Counted from the stretch's first letter, positions 8,424-18,799 are shown. The stretch: DNA of 64,000 nt from Patescibacteria group bacterium (GCA_041661505.1 JBAZUF010000003.1:10772-74771), one strand, 5' to 3'. Program-made: numbers and translations. Notes: generated by a model not told the origin, from the sequence alone.

Positions 8424-10454
8424 ATGGCCAATGAACAAGAAAAAGGGGGAAAGCCACCGATTGAAGAAAAAGGCGGAGTTGGGAATGAACTGACTCCTGA
8501 TGAGAAAGTTTTGTCAGAAGTAACCGACGATCAGTTCCATGCGATGATGAATGATGCCGTATTAGGAAAAATAGATCCGAAAGTTATAAAAGATAATGAA
8601 GAAATATTTAAAAAGCCTTCGAAAAAACGAAATCAGCCAAAAAACCAGGGAGCGGCTGAAGGACCTGGAGTTACCGGCGCAGACGGGGAAATAGTTTTGG
8701 GAACATCTGAATCTCCTGAAGAAGCTTTAAAAAGGCAGATTAAAGAAGGGGTTATTTATGATTCCTCGGAAGGATTGACTGCCGAAGACATGGATAAAGC
8801 GGAAGAAGATTATGCGCGGGCGGAAAAAGAGCCGGGCGAAGAAGATTTAATTGATGAGACTAGAGAATATGATCCTGAAAATAAAGAGGTCGTGCATTTG
8901 GGCGAGATTGACGCAACTGAAGATAATAAAGAGGATAGGAGCGGGAAAACTTATGCCGAGAGGACGGGAGGGAAAAGGTTGAGAAAAAAAGAAAGAGGAT
9001 ATGAGGAAAGGGAGTTTGACAAGGGAAGCAGAATGCAGAGGGCGGATATTTTAAGTAAAGATCAGACTAATATTTTGGATGAGTCGAAAATTTATGCTGA
9101 CAGCCCCCATCGCGGCGTTGAGGCGGCGGCCAAAAAGGTGTATGGTTCAGACGTGGAAACAATAAAATCTAAAGCTGGTCCGATGGAAAGATTAAAAATT
9201 TTTGCCGCAGAAAAGCTTGGAATTGGTTCGGTATCAGAAAAAGTAGGCGAAGCCGCCAAAAGGATAATAAAAGAAGAATTAGAGACAGCCAAATTAACCG
9301 TTGGAGTCCAATTAAGAGCGCAAAAAGAAGCTCTAACTCAACATAAAGCTGATTCGGAAAAAAGTTTAAAGGCCGTAAGAGAGCTTGGTGATGACGGCCT
9401 GTCCGCGAAATCCATAGCTGAAGCGGAAACTAGAGCGGCTCAAAGTAATGAGCAGCTGGTAAAAGAAGTGGAAGCGGCAAAAAGGGCGCTTGAAAGCAAA
9501 ATCGGCCGGATAAGGGATTCGTATATTGAAGAACAAGAGGATTTAAAGGTTGCTTTGGAAGATTATACCGGCGTTTATGAAACTGCCTCTAAAGAAAAAG
9601 ACCAGCTCACTTCATCAATCGGAAAATATGAGGCTGTGTTGACAACCTCGAAAGATCTGGCGCTTAATGCTGAAATAAATAATAAATTAAAAGAGCTTAG
9701 GTGGAGCTTGGAGCAGGTTGTAGAAGATATGGCCAAAACGAAGATGAGGCTGGACGCGGTAAAAGCCAATAAGGCTGAAATTGATAAGGTAGTGGCGGAG
9801 ATAAATAAGATCGGAAAGACCGATGAGGAATTGAAAAAAGAAGAGGACGAAAAGAAAAAGTTGGATAAAGAAGAAAGAAAAAGAAAGTTCGACGAATTTA
9901 GAGAAAAAGTTTTTGGCAAAGAGGCGGAAGAGGGCAAGGGCGGAGAGGAAAAAAAGTCCGGCGAAAAAGGTGGAAAAACAACTGAAGGATGGCAGGAAGA
10001 TGAAGACATAGAAGCTGGAGAAAAAAAACAAACACCACCGTCATCTGAATCGGGTGAAACTAAACAGACCGGGGGTGGCAAAGAACCGGCTGGTGAAAAA
10101 AAGACCAGCCAAAACGAAGAAAGTGTGGGAGGTCAAGAGGGAGAGAATGTAAGAGCAGGGGAGGGGAAAAAATTAGAAGCAGGACCGCTAAAGCCCAGGC
10201 CGATAAAAGAATGGTTTCAGATGTTTAAAATAACCAACATCAAAAATCCCAAGGATAGGCAGGCAAGGAACGATTCCTTTGCCGATAAGGATGGGGATTT
10301 TGGCTATGATACAGTTATGAGCGAAGAGGACGCGAAAAACCGTTTGATTAAATTTAATATGAAAAGAGGAGGTAAGATGAGAAAGAGTAAGCATGAAGCT
10401 GAAAGGGATGTAGTAAATTTAATTAAAAGGCTAAGAGAGGAAAAAAAGAGTTAA
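8424..10454 (+). CDS. Hypothetical, highly charged (K/E-rich) coiled-coil protein
   Basis: A 676-aa ORF with no competing ORF. It has long heptad-like K/E/A/L stretches and no motif I recognise. Confidence 0.6.
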   Translation: MANEQEKGGKPPIEEKGGVGNELTPDEKVLSEVTDDQFHAMMNDAVLGKIDPKVIKDNEEIFKKPSKKRNQPKNQGAAEGPGVTGADGEIVLGTSESPEEALKRQIKEGVIYDSSEGLTAEDMDKAEEDYARAEKEPGEEDLIDETREYDPENKEVVHLGEIDATEDNKEDRSGKTYAERTGGKRLRKKERGYEEREFDKGSRMQRADILSKDQTNILDESKIYADSPHRGVEAAAKKVYGSDVETIKSKAGPMERLKIFAAEKLGIGSVSEKVGEAAKRIIKEELETAKLTVGVQLRAQKEALTQHKADSEKSLKAVRELGDDGLSAKSIAEAETRAAQSNEQLVKEVEAAKRALESKIGRIRDSYIEEQEDLKVALEDYTGVYETASKEKDQLTSSIGKYEAVLTTSKDLALNAEINNKLKELRWSLEQVVEDMAKTKMRLDAVKANKAEIDKVVAEINKIGKTDEELKKEEDEKKKLDKEERKRKFDEFREKVFGKEAEEGKGGEEKKSGEKGGKTTEGWQEDEDIEAGEKKQTPPSSESGETKQTGGGKEPAGEKKTSQNEESVGGQEGENVRAGEGKKLEAGPLKPRPIKEWFQMFKITNIKNPKDRQARNDSFADKDGDFGYDTVMSEEDAKNRLIKFNMKRGGKMRKSKHEAERDVVNLIKRLREEKKS

Positions 10455-10474
10455 CATTATTGGAATAATTTTTT

Positions 10475-10663
10475 ATGACAGAAGCTAAAGATAAAAAAAT
10501 TCTCAAAGATTTGGAGAAGGAAGCGAAAAAGGCTTTAGGGGCGGTAAAAAGCATAAAAGCTCGGCTGGCGGCGGCGGATTTAAAGTTTGGCAGGGCAATG
10601 CTAAAAAGAGATATAAGGAATATAAAAACCGCCAGGCAGATAATAAAATCTCGGGTGAAATGA
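10475..10663 (+). CDS. Small hypothetical basic helical protein
   Basis: A 62-aa ORF, co-directional, starting 20 nt after the preceding gene. No recognisable motif. Confidence 0.4.
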   Translation: MTEAKDKKILKDLEKEAKKALGAVKSIKARLAAADLKFGRAMLKRDIRNIKTARQIIKSRVK

Positions 10664-10793
10664 GCGAAAGAACCAGTCTCTTTTCGATTGACAATCCTGC
10701 CTGATTTGCTATATTTAAAGTAGGGTATTTACCTGCTTTTTTATTGATAATTTATACTTTTCCATATAATTTTTAAGGCATAAAATCGGACTT

Positions 10794-11441
10794 ATGTACA
10801 TAACCTGGCTGGGGCACTCTTGTTTTAAAATCCAAGATAAAACCACTTCGGACGCGATCACTATCGTTACCGATCCTTTTGATAAGGAAACCGGCTATAA
10901 AGTCCCGCATATTGAAGCTGATATTGTTACCGTGTCGCATGACCATCATGACCATAGCAATATTGAAGCCTTGCGCGGAAAACCGTTTGTAATCAAATCG
11001 GCCGGCGAGTATGACGCCAAAGGAGTTTCGATTGAAGGGATTGATGCCTATCATGACGATAAAGAAGGGGCCGAGCGTGGCGGAAATATTATCTATTGGA
11101 TCGAGATGGACGGCATCGCCATCGTGCATTTAGGCGATCTCGGGCAGGTCTTGACCGATAAACAGAGGGAGAAAATCGCCAAGTGCGATATATTAATGAT
11201 ACCGGTTGGAGGAAAGTATACGCTGGACGCGAATAAGGCCATTGAAGTAATTAATTTGATTGAGCCGCGGATTGTAATCCCCATGCATTACCGCACTCCT
11301 GAATCAAACATCAAGGATATTGAAGGAGTGGATAAATTCGTCAAAGGCTTGGGGATTAAGCCGCGCTATGAAGAGAAGCTGAAAGTCGGGAAAAAAGATT
11401 TGCCCCAGGACGATATGGAACTGGTTATTTTAAAAGTTTAG
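10794..11441 (+). CDS. MBL-fold metal-dependent hydrolase (UPF0173/YtkL-like)
   Basis: N-terminal ITWLGHSCFKI, metal motif VSHDHHDH, and ~215 aa length are typical of UPF0173. Confidence 0.8.
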   Translation: MYITWLGHSCFKIQDKTTSDAITIVTDPFDKETGYKVPHIEADIVTVSHDHHDHSNIEALRGKPFVIKSAGEYDAKGVSIEGIDAYHDDKEGAERGGNIIYWIEMDGIAIVHLGDLGQVLTDKQREKIAKCDILMIPVGGKYTLDANKAIEVINLIEPRIVIPMHYRTPESNIKDIEGVDKFVKGLGIKPRYEEKLKVGKKDLPQDDMELVILKV

Positions 11442-11537
11442 CTTCCGCTACCTGTTTTTACTTTTGGTATGAAAAGTCTGCCCAAGAGGGCTGGATGGGG
11501 GCTTGAAAATTGCCAATTTTCAATTTAACAATTTATT

Positions 11538-12125
11538 ATGCCAAGGAGGAAAAAAGAGGGAGAAAAAAAGGCCGCTAAATCAAAACGCGAGCCGGGGAAG
11601 CCGAAAAAAAGCTTTATTAAAGTAAATCTGATTAATGTAAAAAAGAAAGCCGAGCGGGAAAATGAAGAGCGCCTGGTGAATTTGCGGGAGAAAGAAGCCG
11701 AAAATTTCCAAAATGAGACTGAGAATTACGAAAAGGTGGAGAGAAGCAAACGGCTGGTGATGTGGAGCGGAGTGTCTTTTTTTATGCTGGTAATAGTTGT
11801 CGTTTGGTTTTTTAACATCCGGTCGGTTTTTCAGGTTTCTTCCAGCTCGCAAAGTAATTTTGACTGGAACGCGATATCAAATGACGTAAGCAAGTCAATG
11901 GAAGAAGCGAAAAAAGGCTTTGAGGAGATAAAAAAAGCCAGCGAGATGGCATCGACTTCTCCTTCTTCGCTCGAAAATAGCGCGCCAACCGCAAGTTCTA
12001 CTCCTGCTACTTTGCCGAAAGAGGAGACAAGCGCCGTTGCCACCTCAAGCCCGGACGAGGCCGGGCAAGCTGATTTAAAAGAGCTAAAGAAAAGAATTGA
12101 TGAGCTGGAGCAAAAATTAAAGTAG
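11538..12125 (+). CDS. Hypothetical single-pass membrane protein with a basic N-terminus and a C-terminal coiled coil
   Basis: K/R-rich N-terminus, one TM helix (VSFFMLVIVVVWFF), an S/T/P-rich region, and a terminal DLKELKKRIDELEQKLK. Confidence 0.55.
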   Translation: MPRRKKEGEKKAAKSKREPGKPKKSFIKVNLINVKKKAERENEERLVNLREKEAENFQNETENYEKVERSKRLVMWSGVSFFMLVIVVVWFFNIRSVFQVSSSSQSNFDWNAISNDVSKSMEEAKKGFEEIKKASEMASTSPSSLENSAPTASSTPATLPKEETSAVATSSPDEAGQADLKELKKRIDELEQKLK

Positions 12126-12192
12126 GCGGGTGCAGTAAAAAGTTAAGTTTTTAGATGGAGGACAAAAAGAGAGCTTAAACAGAAAAATAATT

Positions 12193-14847
12193 ATGCCAAA
12201 AGATATTAAAAAGAAAAAAGGGGCGCAAGAATCCGGCGCCAAGGACGAAAAACCAAAAAAACCGGCTGAATTTGAAAAGATAGAAAACGAAGCAAAGGGC
12301 AAAAACAAAGCCGCGGCTTTGCAAGATGAAATTGCGGTTTTGGAAAAGGAAGGCGGGTCTAGGTCCGGAGTTCCGATTATCCGGGATAAAAAAGTTTCCA
12401 CCGCCTTTGGCATGATTGAGCCAAGATCAATTGTCAAGGAAATGGAAATATCCTATCTGGACTACGCCATGACCGTAATTGTTGCCCGCGCCCTGCCCGA
12501 CGTCCGGGACGGCTTAAAGCCGGTGCACCGGCGGATTTTGTATGCCATGTGGAATTTGGGGCTCCGGGCTAATGCCAAGTTCAGGAAATCAGCTACCGTC
12601 GTCGGCGAAGTTTTAGGCAAATACCATCCGCACGGCGATTCGGCGGTTTATGATTCTATGGTCCGGATGGCGCAGGACTTTTCCATGCGCTACATGCTCG
12701 TCCGCGGCCAGGGAAACTTCGGCTCAATGGATGGCGACAGAGCGGCGGCGATGAGATATACCGAAGCTAAATTGGCCAAAATCGCTGAAGAAATTTTATT
12801 CGATATTGATAAGGATACGGTGGATTTTGTCCCGAACTACGACGGCTCGCAAAAAGAGCCCCGGGTCCTTCCAGCCAAATTGCCGAACCTTCTAATGAAC
12901 GGCGCTATGGGCATCGCCGTCGGCATGGCGACCAATATTCCTCCCCACAACCTGGGCGAGCTGATTGACGGCATTACCTATTTAATCGACAATCCGGACG
13001 CCGACGTCGAGGACTTAATGAAATTCGTGAAAGGCCCGGATTTTCCGACTGGCGGAATCATCTATAATAAGCAGGATATTTTGCAGGCTTATGCCACCGG
13101 CAAAGGCGGCATAGTCGCGCGCGGCCGGGCGGAAATTATCGAAGCCAAGGCCGGCGGATTTCAAATTATTATTTCCGAAATTCCTTTCCAGGTCAACAAA
13201 GCCAATTTAGTCGAAAAAATCGCTGACTTAGTAAAAGACAAAAAAATCGACGGCATTAGAGATTTGCGCGACGAATCGGACAAGGACGGCGTCCGGATTG
13301 TCATTGAATTAAAAAAAGACGCTTACCCGAAAAAGATTTTAAACAATCTCTATAAGATGACCCAATTGCAGGAGACTTTCCACGTCAATATGCTGGCTCT
13401 AGTGGACGGCATCCAGCCGAAAGTTTTGACCTTAAAGATGATTCTGGAGGAATATATAAAACATCGGGAAATAGTTGTCCGGCGCCGGGCCGAGCATGAA
13501 CTAAAAAAAGCCCGCGAACGCGCTCATATTTTAGAAGGCTTGATGATCGCCTTGGCAAAAATCGACGAGGTTATAAAAACGATTAAGAAGTCAAAAGACC
13601 GGGAAGAGGCTAAAGTTAATTTAATTAAGCGGTTTAAACTGTCCGAGCGCCAGGCGATAGCCATCCTTGAAATGAAGCTGGCGACTTTAGCTAACCTTGA
13701 GAGATTGAGAATCGAAACCGAGCTTAAGGAAAAAACCAAGATCATCAAAGAATTGGAAGAGCTTTTAAAATCCAAAAAGAAAATTTTAGGAATAATAAAA
13801 GACGAATTAAAAGGAATTGATGAGGATTTCCGCGATGAACGGCGTACTACTATTGTAGCCGGAGACATAAAAGAATTTAAAATGGAAGACCTTGTGCCGG
13901 ACGAGGAAGCGGTCGTTATGATGACCCGCGACGGCTATATTAAGCGCATGGCGCCGGACACGTTTAAATCCCAGGCCCGGGGAGGCAAAGGCGTAATCGG
14001 TTTGACGACTAAAGAGGAGGACATGGTTGAATTTATGCTTACGACTAACACCCATAACGATTTACTGTTTTTTACCACCAAAGGCCGGGTATTCCAATTG
14101 AAAGCCTATGAAATCCCCCAGGCCGCCCGGACCGCCAAAGGTCAAGCCATTGTTAATTTTTTACAGCTGGAAGGCTCGGAAGGGGTAACTTCAATTTTGC
14201 CTTTGTCAAAAATTGCTAATTATAAGTTCCTGTTTTTCGCCACTGAAAAAGGACTGGTAAAAAAAGTGGAGCTTTCGGCCTTTTCCAATGTCCGGCGTTC
14301 AGGGCTGATTGCTATTAAGATTAAAGAAGATGACAAGCTGATTTGGGCCAAGCCGACCGGCGGGACCGATCAGATCCAATTGATTACCGCCCGCGGCCAG
14401 GCCATCCGCTTTAAGGAAACCGATGTGCGCGATATGGGCCGGGGCGCTTCGGGGGTTTTCGGCATCCGTCTGAAAAAAGGCGACTGGGTCGTTGGCATGG
14501 GGATAATAAGGACTGATAAAGAAAAGATGAAAAAATACCAGGTTTTGACCGTAATGGAGAATGGTTACGGTAAATCATCCGCCTTGGATCTATTTAAAGT
14601 TCAGGGCCGCGGCGGATCAGGAATTAAAACCGCCAAAGTGACTTCGAAAACCGGAAGCATTATTAACGCCTTTATGGTGGACAAAGAGAAAATGGCGGAC
14701 AAGGATTTAATAATTATTACCGCCCAGGGTCAAGTCATCCGGCTGCCATTCAAAACTGTCCCAAAGCTTGGCCGGGACACCCAGGGAGTGCGCTTGATGC
14801 GCTTTAAGGAAAAAGATGATAAAGTGGCTTCAACCACCTGGGCCTAG
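12193..14847 (+). CDS. gyrA: DNA gyrase subunit A
   Basis: [28 protein letters not shown], active-site [10 protein letters not shown], and a C-terminal beta-pinwheel repeat region. The ORF carries a 73-codon K/E-rich extension before a canonical-looking start at 12412 ([11 protein letters not shown]...). Confidence 0.9.
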   Translation: MPKDIKKKKGAQESGAKDEKPKKPAEFEKIENEAKGKNKAAALQDEIAVLEKEGGSRSGVPIIRDKKVSTAFGMIEPRSIVKEMEISYLDYAMTVIVARALPDVRDGLKPVHRRILYAMWNLGLRANAKFRKSATVVGEVLGKYHPHGDSAVYDSMVRMAQDFSMRYMLVRGQGNFGSMDGDRAAAMRYTEAKLAKIAEEILFDIDKDTVDFVPNYDGSQKEPRVLPAKLPNLLMNGAMGIAVGMATNIPPHNLGELIDGITYLIDNPDADVEDLMKFVKGPDFPTGGIIYNKQDILQAYATGKGGIVARGRAEIIEAKAGGFQIIISEIPFQVNKANLVEKIADLVKDKKIDGIRDLRDESDKDGVRIVIELKKDAYPKKILNNLYKMTQLQETFHVNMLALVDGIQPKVLTLKMILEEYIKHREIVVRRRAEHELKKARERAHILEGLMIALAKIDEVIKTIKKSKDREEAKVNLIKRFKLSERQAIAILEMKLATLANLERLRIETELKEKTKIIKELEELLKSKKKILGIIKDELKGIDEDFRDERRTTIVAGDIKEFKMEDLVPDEEAVVMMTRDGYIKRMAPDTFKSQARGGKGVIGLTTKEEDMVEFMLTTNTHNDLLFFTTKGRVFQLKAYEIPQAARTAKGQAIVNFLQLEGSEGVTSILPLSKIANYKFLFFATEKGLVKKVELSAFSNVRRSGLIAIKIKEDDKLIWAKPTGGTDQIQLITARGQAIRFKETDVRDMGRGASGVFGIRLKKGDWVVGMGIIRTDKEKMKKYQVLTVMENGYGKSSALDLFKVQGRGGSGIKTAKVTSKTGSIINAFMVDKEKMADKDLIIITAQGQVIRLPFKTVPKLGRDTQGVRLMRFKEKDDKVASTTWA

Positions 14848-14881
14848 CTTTAATCGGTAAACGCCGATTAATAATTAAAAT

Positions 14882-14986
14882 ATGCCGCTAGTTGATGAAA
14901 AAAATTTAGGCACTTCATTTTTAAAGATATTCTCATTCTTGATTATCTCTTTGGCTATTGTTATAACTTTATTAATCATACTTTAA
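14882..14986 (+). CDS. Candidate 34-aa single-TM peptide (below the ORF-track size cut-off)
   Basis: My own translation is MPLVDEKNLGTSFLKIFSFLIISLAIVITLLIIL*. It has one hydrophobic helix, no SD, and sits in an AT-rich spacer, so it could be a chance ORF. Confidence 0.2.
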   Translation: MPLVDEKNLGTSFLKIFSFLIISLAIVITLLIIL

Positions 14987-15019
14987 TTAACTCATTATTT
15001 TTAGGAGGGGATAAAATTT

Positions 15020-16024
15020 ATGAAAGGAAAAATGATCAAGTGGGGGAAGCTTTCCGGACTAGCCTTGGCGCTAATCCTGGTTTTAGCCGGCTGCAGCCTA
15101 AATTTAGCCAGCGCCAAAAAGAATTTGAAGCCCGACGAGGCCAAAGCCAAAGCCGAGAAATACATTAACGACAACCTGATGCAAGGGAGCAAGGCTACCG
15201 TCGATAGCGTTACCGAAGAAAACGGACTATATAAGCTTAAAGTAAATATAGGCAACGGACAGACTGTCGACTCCTATATTACCAAAGACGGAAAAACTTT
15301 TTTCCCGCAATCAATGGCTATTGAAGAATCCACTACCCCGCCCGCCCCTGATAGTACCGGCGATACCGCCCAGAAAAATAACGAGCCGGCGCCAACCAAC
15401 GCCCCAAAAACCGACAAGCCAGTGGTTGAGCTTTTTGTCATGAGCCATTGCCCGTACGGATTGCAGATTGAAAAGGGGATTATTCCGGTTGTGGAAAAAC
15501 TCGGAAATAAAATTGATTTTAAATTGAAATTCTGCGATTATGCCATGCACGGGGAAAATGAGTTAAAAGAAGAATTAAACCAAACCTGCATAGCTAAAAA
15601 TGATCCGGGCAAACTCATGGCCTATTTAAAATGCTTTACCAAATCGGGTGACGGAGCCGCCTGCATAAAGGAGGTTAAAATCGATTCGGGTAAATTATCA
15701 AGCTGTGTAAGCGCGACTGACAAGCAATTCCAGGTTATGAAGAAATTTGCCGACAAAACGGATTATAAGGGCAGTTATCCCCCGTTTGACGTTTTTGCCG
15801 CCGATAACCAAAAGTACAACGTAGGCGGATCGCCGACTCTGGTAGTCAACGGAACCGAAATCCAATCGGGCCGATCGGCATCTGATTTGATGGCGGCAAT
15901 TTGTTCGGCCTTTAATAAAACGCCGGGAGCTTGTTCTGAAAAACTTGATTCAGCTTCTCCGTCGGCCGGTTTTGGAGCCGGTACGGCTAGTGATTCTGGC
16001 GCCGCCGCCGGATGCGGGCAGTAA
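15020..16024 (+). CDS. Lipoprotein with a thioredoxin-like (DsbA/GILT-like) domain
   Basis: Strong SD (aggagggg) 8 nt upstream. Lipobox LVLAGC. VELFVMSHCPYG...KLKFCDYAMHGENELKEELNQTCI resembles thiol-oxidoreductase folds. The active site reads CPYG rather than CxxC. Confidence 0.55.
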   Translation: MKGKMIKWGKLSGLALALILVLAGCSLNLASAKKNLKPDEAKAKAEKYINDNLMQGSKATVDSVTEENGLYKLKVNIGNGQTVDSYITKDGKTFFPQSMAIEESTTPPAPDSTGDTAQKNNEPAPTNAPKTDKPVVELFVMSHCPYGLQIEKGIIPVVEKLGNKIDFKLKFCDYAMHGENELKEELNQTCIAKNDPGKLMAYLKCFTKSGDGAACIKEVKIDSGKLSSCVSATDKQFQVMKKFADKTDYKGSYPPFDVFAADNQKYNVGGSPTLVVNGTEIQSGRSASDLMAAICSAFNKTPGACSEKLDSASPSAGFGAGTASDSGAAAGCGQ

Positions 16025-16049
16025 AGGGCTGTACCAAAGAGTTATTTAA

Positions 16050-16085
16050 AAGAGAGAGCGCCAAACCGCTCTCTCTTGATTTATT
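16050..16085 (+). terminator. Rho-independent terminator after the lipoprotein gene
   Basis: A perfect 10-bp stem, agagagagcg (16051-16060) with cgctctctct (16067-16076), followed by a U-rich tgatttatt. Confidence 0.55.
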
Positions 16086-16288
16086 GGAGTTTTCATGTAT
16101 AATAAAGGAAATTAACAATCCGCCAAGAAAGGGCGGAAAAATATGCCTTTAATTTAATCTCCGGATGGCAGACGGAGAACTTCCTGAAAATCGGGGGTTA
16201 AGAAGCCTTTTTTTATTTTAAAATATCATCAGATACTTTATAAAAGGTTTAGGGCCGGTTCGCGCAACGCGTACGGACACCGAAATTT

Positions 16289-17608
16289 ATGAGCGAAGAA
16301 AAAAAATCAAAAACGGATGAATTTAAAGAACTTTTGGAAGAAAATCCGATTAAGGTTCCCAAAGTCGGGGATATCGTAACCGGCGCCGTAGTTTCGGCTT
16401 CCAAAGCTGAAGTGCGCCTGGACATCGACGGCATTATGACCGGCGTAGTCCGCGGCCGCGAATTATATAACGAAGCCGAAGAGTATTCAACCCTAAAGTC
16501 CGGCGATACGACCGAAGCGACCGTAATCGAAGAAGAAAACGAGAATGGCGAAATGGAATTGTCCTTCCGGCACGCAGGCGAGGAAAAAGCCTGGCAGATT
16601 TTAAGGGACGGTTTAGCCGAAAGAACTAATATTAAGGTAAAGATTCTGGCGGCTAATAAAGGCGGACTCTTGGCATCCTTTAGGCAAATAAACGGATTTT
16701 TGCCCGTGTCCCAGCTTTCCCCGGAAAATTATCCGCGGGTTGAGGGCGGAGACAAGAGTAAAATTTTGGACAAGCTAAGGTCTTTTGTCGGAAAAGAACT
16801 GGAAGTAAAACTTATTACATTGGACGAAAAGGAGAATAAAATTATTTTCTCGGAAAAGGACGCCTGGCTTGAGCGGAGAAAGGATATTATCGGCCAGTAC
16901 CAGATTGGCTCGGTGATTGAAGGAACGATAACCGCTGTAACTGATTTCGGCATTTTTATCAAGTTCGGGGAAAATCTTGAAGGCCTAATCCATATCTCCG
17001 AACTGGCCTGGCAAAGGATTGATAATCCGTCCTCCCTCTATAAAGTCGGCGACATAATCAAGGCGGAGATTATTTCCATGAGCGGATCGAAGATTTTCTT
17101 GTCCGCCAAGAAGCTAATGAAAAATCCTTGGGACGAAGTGGAAGGAAGGTACAAGGTGGAACAAACCGTCAAAGGAAAAATCCTCAAGGTTAATCCGTTC
17201 GGCCTGTTTGTCGCTTTGGATGAAGACATTCACGGCTTAGCTCATATCAACCAGCTTAATCTTGCCCCGACCCAGAAAATAAACGAAGTCTATAAAGAAG
17301 GGGAGGCGAGGGACTTTGTAATTATCTCCATGGAACCCAAAGAACACAGGCTTGGGTTAGCGGTAAAGGCTGACGAAGGCAAAGAGGTCAAGAAGAAGAA
17401 ATCTTCTAAAGCCGAAGCCACGGCTGATACTGAAAAGAGTGGGGAGCCGGACGCCGAGCCGAAAAAGGCTAAGCGAGCCCCAAAGGCTAAAGCGGAAAAG
17501 CCAGCTAAGGACGAAAAAGAAAAATCAGAACCCACTAAAGCTGACGGCGAAAAGGACACGGCAAAGAAGCCTAGGGCTAAAAAAGAGATCAAGAAAGCCA
17601 AAGATTAA
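16289..17608 (+). CDS. rpsA: 30S ribosomal protein S1 (four S1 domains) with a Lys-rich C-terminal tail
   Basis: Repeated S1/OB motifs (VGDIVTGAVV, GFLPVSQLS, GSVIEGTITAVTDFGIFIKF, VKGKILKVNPFGLFVAL..GLAHINQL). The final ~80 aa are rich in K, A, E and P. Confidence 0.85.
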   Translation: MSEEKKSKTDEFKELLEENPIKVPKVGDIVTGAVVSASKAEVRLDIDGIMTGVVRGRELYNEAEEYSTLKSGDTTEATVIEEENENGEMELSFRHAGEEKAWQILRDGLAERTNIKVKILAANKGGLLASFRQINGFLPVSQLSPENYPRVEGGDKSKILDKLRSFVGKELEVKLITLDEKENKIIFSEKDAWLERRKDIIGQYQIGSVIEGTITAVTDFGIFIKFGENLEGLIHISELAWQRIDNPSSLYKVGDIIKAEIISMSGSKIFLSAKKLMKNPWDEVEGRYKVEQTVKGKILKVNPFGLFVALDEDIHGLAHINQLNLAPTQKINEVYKEGEARDFVIISMEPKEHRLGLAVKADEGKEVKKKKSSKAEATADTEKSGEPDAEPKKAKRAPKAKAEKPAKDEKEKSEPTKADGEKDTAKKPRAKKEIKKAKD

Positions 17609-17626
17609 GACTCCTATAGGAGTTGA

Positions 17627-17660
17627 TAAAAAAACCGCCTCAATAAAAGGGGCGGTTTTT
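17627..17660. terminator. Bidirectional Rho-independent terminator between convergent genes
   Basis: The sequence aaaaaaaccgcc-tcaataaaag-gggcggttttt has an A-run, a G+C stem and a T-run, so it can serve both strands. Confidence 0.7.
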
Positions 17661-17693
17661 GGTAGCGGCTACACTTTATTATTCCTTTCCTTC

Positions 17694-18428
17694 TCAAATT
17701 TTTTTAATATCGAAATCTTCAGCCCATTCTTGCCTTGTAAAAAACCTAAAATCTTTCTTTAGCCCTTCAAAAGTATCTCCGGGCTTAATCGGCTTTCCTG
17801 CTAGAGCCGCCCTTATTCTTTTATCATAGTCTAAGACTTTTTCTATAACGCCAGCTCTGACCCCGCCGCCCAATGCTTCAAAGGCCGCTTTGACCTGTTC
17901 CGCGGTTGAATTAGCAGGAGTTTCTATTTTTGCTGTCGGGGCTGGAGTTTTAGCTTCTTGTTTAGGGATGCCAATATCTTCACGGATAGCATTAGCTTTA
18001 TTATTATCAGCTATTTTTTGGCCAGACAGCAATTCTTCAAAAGCGATTTTTTGGAAAAGATTATCGTAAATTTTTTGATCTAAGGGGTTGCCAAACTTGC
18101 ATACAAAATTTTCGCCCGGGGTTGACTTTTCAAATTTTATATATGCTTCGCGAACTTTTTTCAATACGGACGATTCTTCATGAGTCAGGCCGTCGTAGAC
18201 TAGATCTCCTTTAATCAAATTTTGTAGAATTTCTGCTGCTTTTTCTTGGGCTTGCGGAAACTGATTTTTTTGTTCAGGCGACAATTCTCTGTATAGTTTG
18301 TTTAACTGTTGGCTGTCTTCGTTGGCTCTTTTATCCATAAGCGATTCCGCCGGCTCAACGGGTCTGTCTGGAGATGGATTCACTTGTTCGGCTTTATTCT
18401 TGGTTAATTCTTGGTCGGGTGTTGTCAT
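17694..18428 (-). CDS. Hypothetical protein
   Basis: The ORF extends to 18485, but the first ATG giving a plausible N-terminus (MTTPDQELTKNK) is at 18428. No recognisable motif. Confidence 0.5.
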   Translation of the reverse strand: MTTPDQELTKNKAEQVNPSPDRPVEPAESLMDKRANEDSQQLNKLYRELSPEQKNQFPQAQEKAAEILQNLIKGDLVYDGLTHEESSVLKKVREAYIKFEKSTPGENFVCKFGNPLDQKIYDNLFQKIAFEELLSGQKIADNNKANAIREDIGIPKQEAKTPAPTAKIETPANSTAEQVKAAFEALGGGVRAGVIEKVLDYDKRIRAALAGKPIKPGDTFEGLKKDFRFFTRQEWAEDFDIKKI

Positions 18429-18619
18429 AAGAGTGTAATAATTGATTAATATGTTGCTAGCTAGATTATACAACAAAAAAGACAAGGTTTCTATAACTAG
18501 CTATAAAATATATTGCTAGTCTCATTTTTTTCTCCCTATCTCATTTTGCATGACTTTGTAAGATAAGATAGGGAGAAGAGGCAAGCACAGCAAACCTCCT
18601 CTCTGGTATAATGAGCAGA

Positions 18620-18799
18620 TCATTGTTTTCGAGGCAATGCTTGTCGCTCCGACTTAAAGATACTTGCCGCCATTATCATAATGAGTGGCCCGACAACGAT
18701 GAAACCAATCGCTGTCATGGCTAGACCGGCAAAAAACATTATTATTGCCCAGCCGATGGCAACACCGGTAATATCGTCTAAGTCATTGTTAGTATGCAT
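18620..18799 (-). CDS. Small (59 aa) two-helix membrane protein, missed by the 60-aa ORF track
   Basis: My own translation is MHTNNDLDDITGVAIGWAIIMFFAGLAMTAIGFIVVGPLIMIMAASIFKSERQALPRKQ*. A strong SD (gggagaggaaga) lies directly upstream of the ATG at 18799. The TGA stop is at 18620-18622. Confidence 0.5.
   Translation of the reverse strand: MHTNNDLDDITGVAIGWAIIMFFAGLAMTAIGFIVVGPLIMIMAASIFKSERQALPRKQ

Noticed and set aside
9575-10081. Minus-strand ORFs of 168 aa and 114 aa inside the 676-aa gene. Similar cases are the 185-aa ORF at 6157-6714 and the 78-aa ORF at 8178-8414 in ftsK.
   Set aside because: These are antisense or out-of-frame readings of purine-rich K/E/D low-complexity coding DNA. 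The Ser/Phe/Leu-rich products are typical artefacts.
16086-16288. Possible ncRNA or ribosomal-protein leader upstream of rpsA, with small hairpins ccgcc-aagaaag-ggcgg and tctccg-gatggca-gacggaga and a T7 run.
   Set aside because: The stems are short (5-6 bp), I recognised no family motif, and no tRNA-like T-loop is present. The evidence is too weak to call without covariation data.
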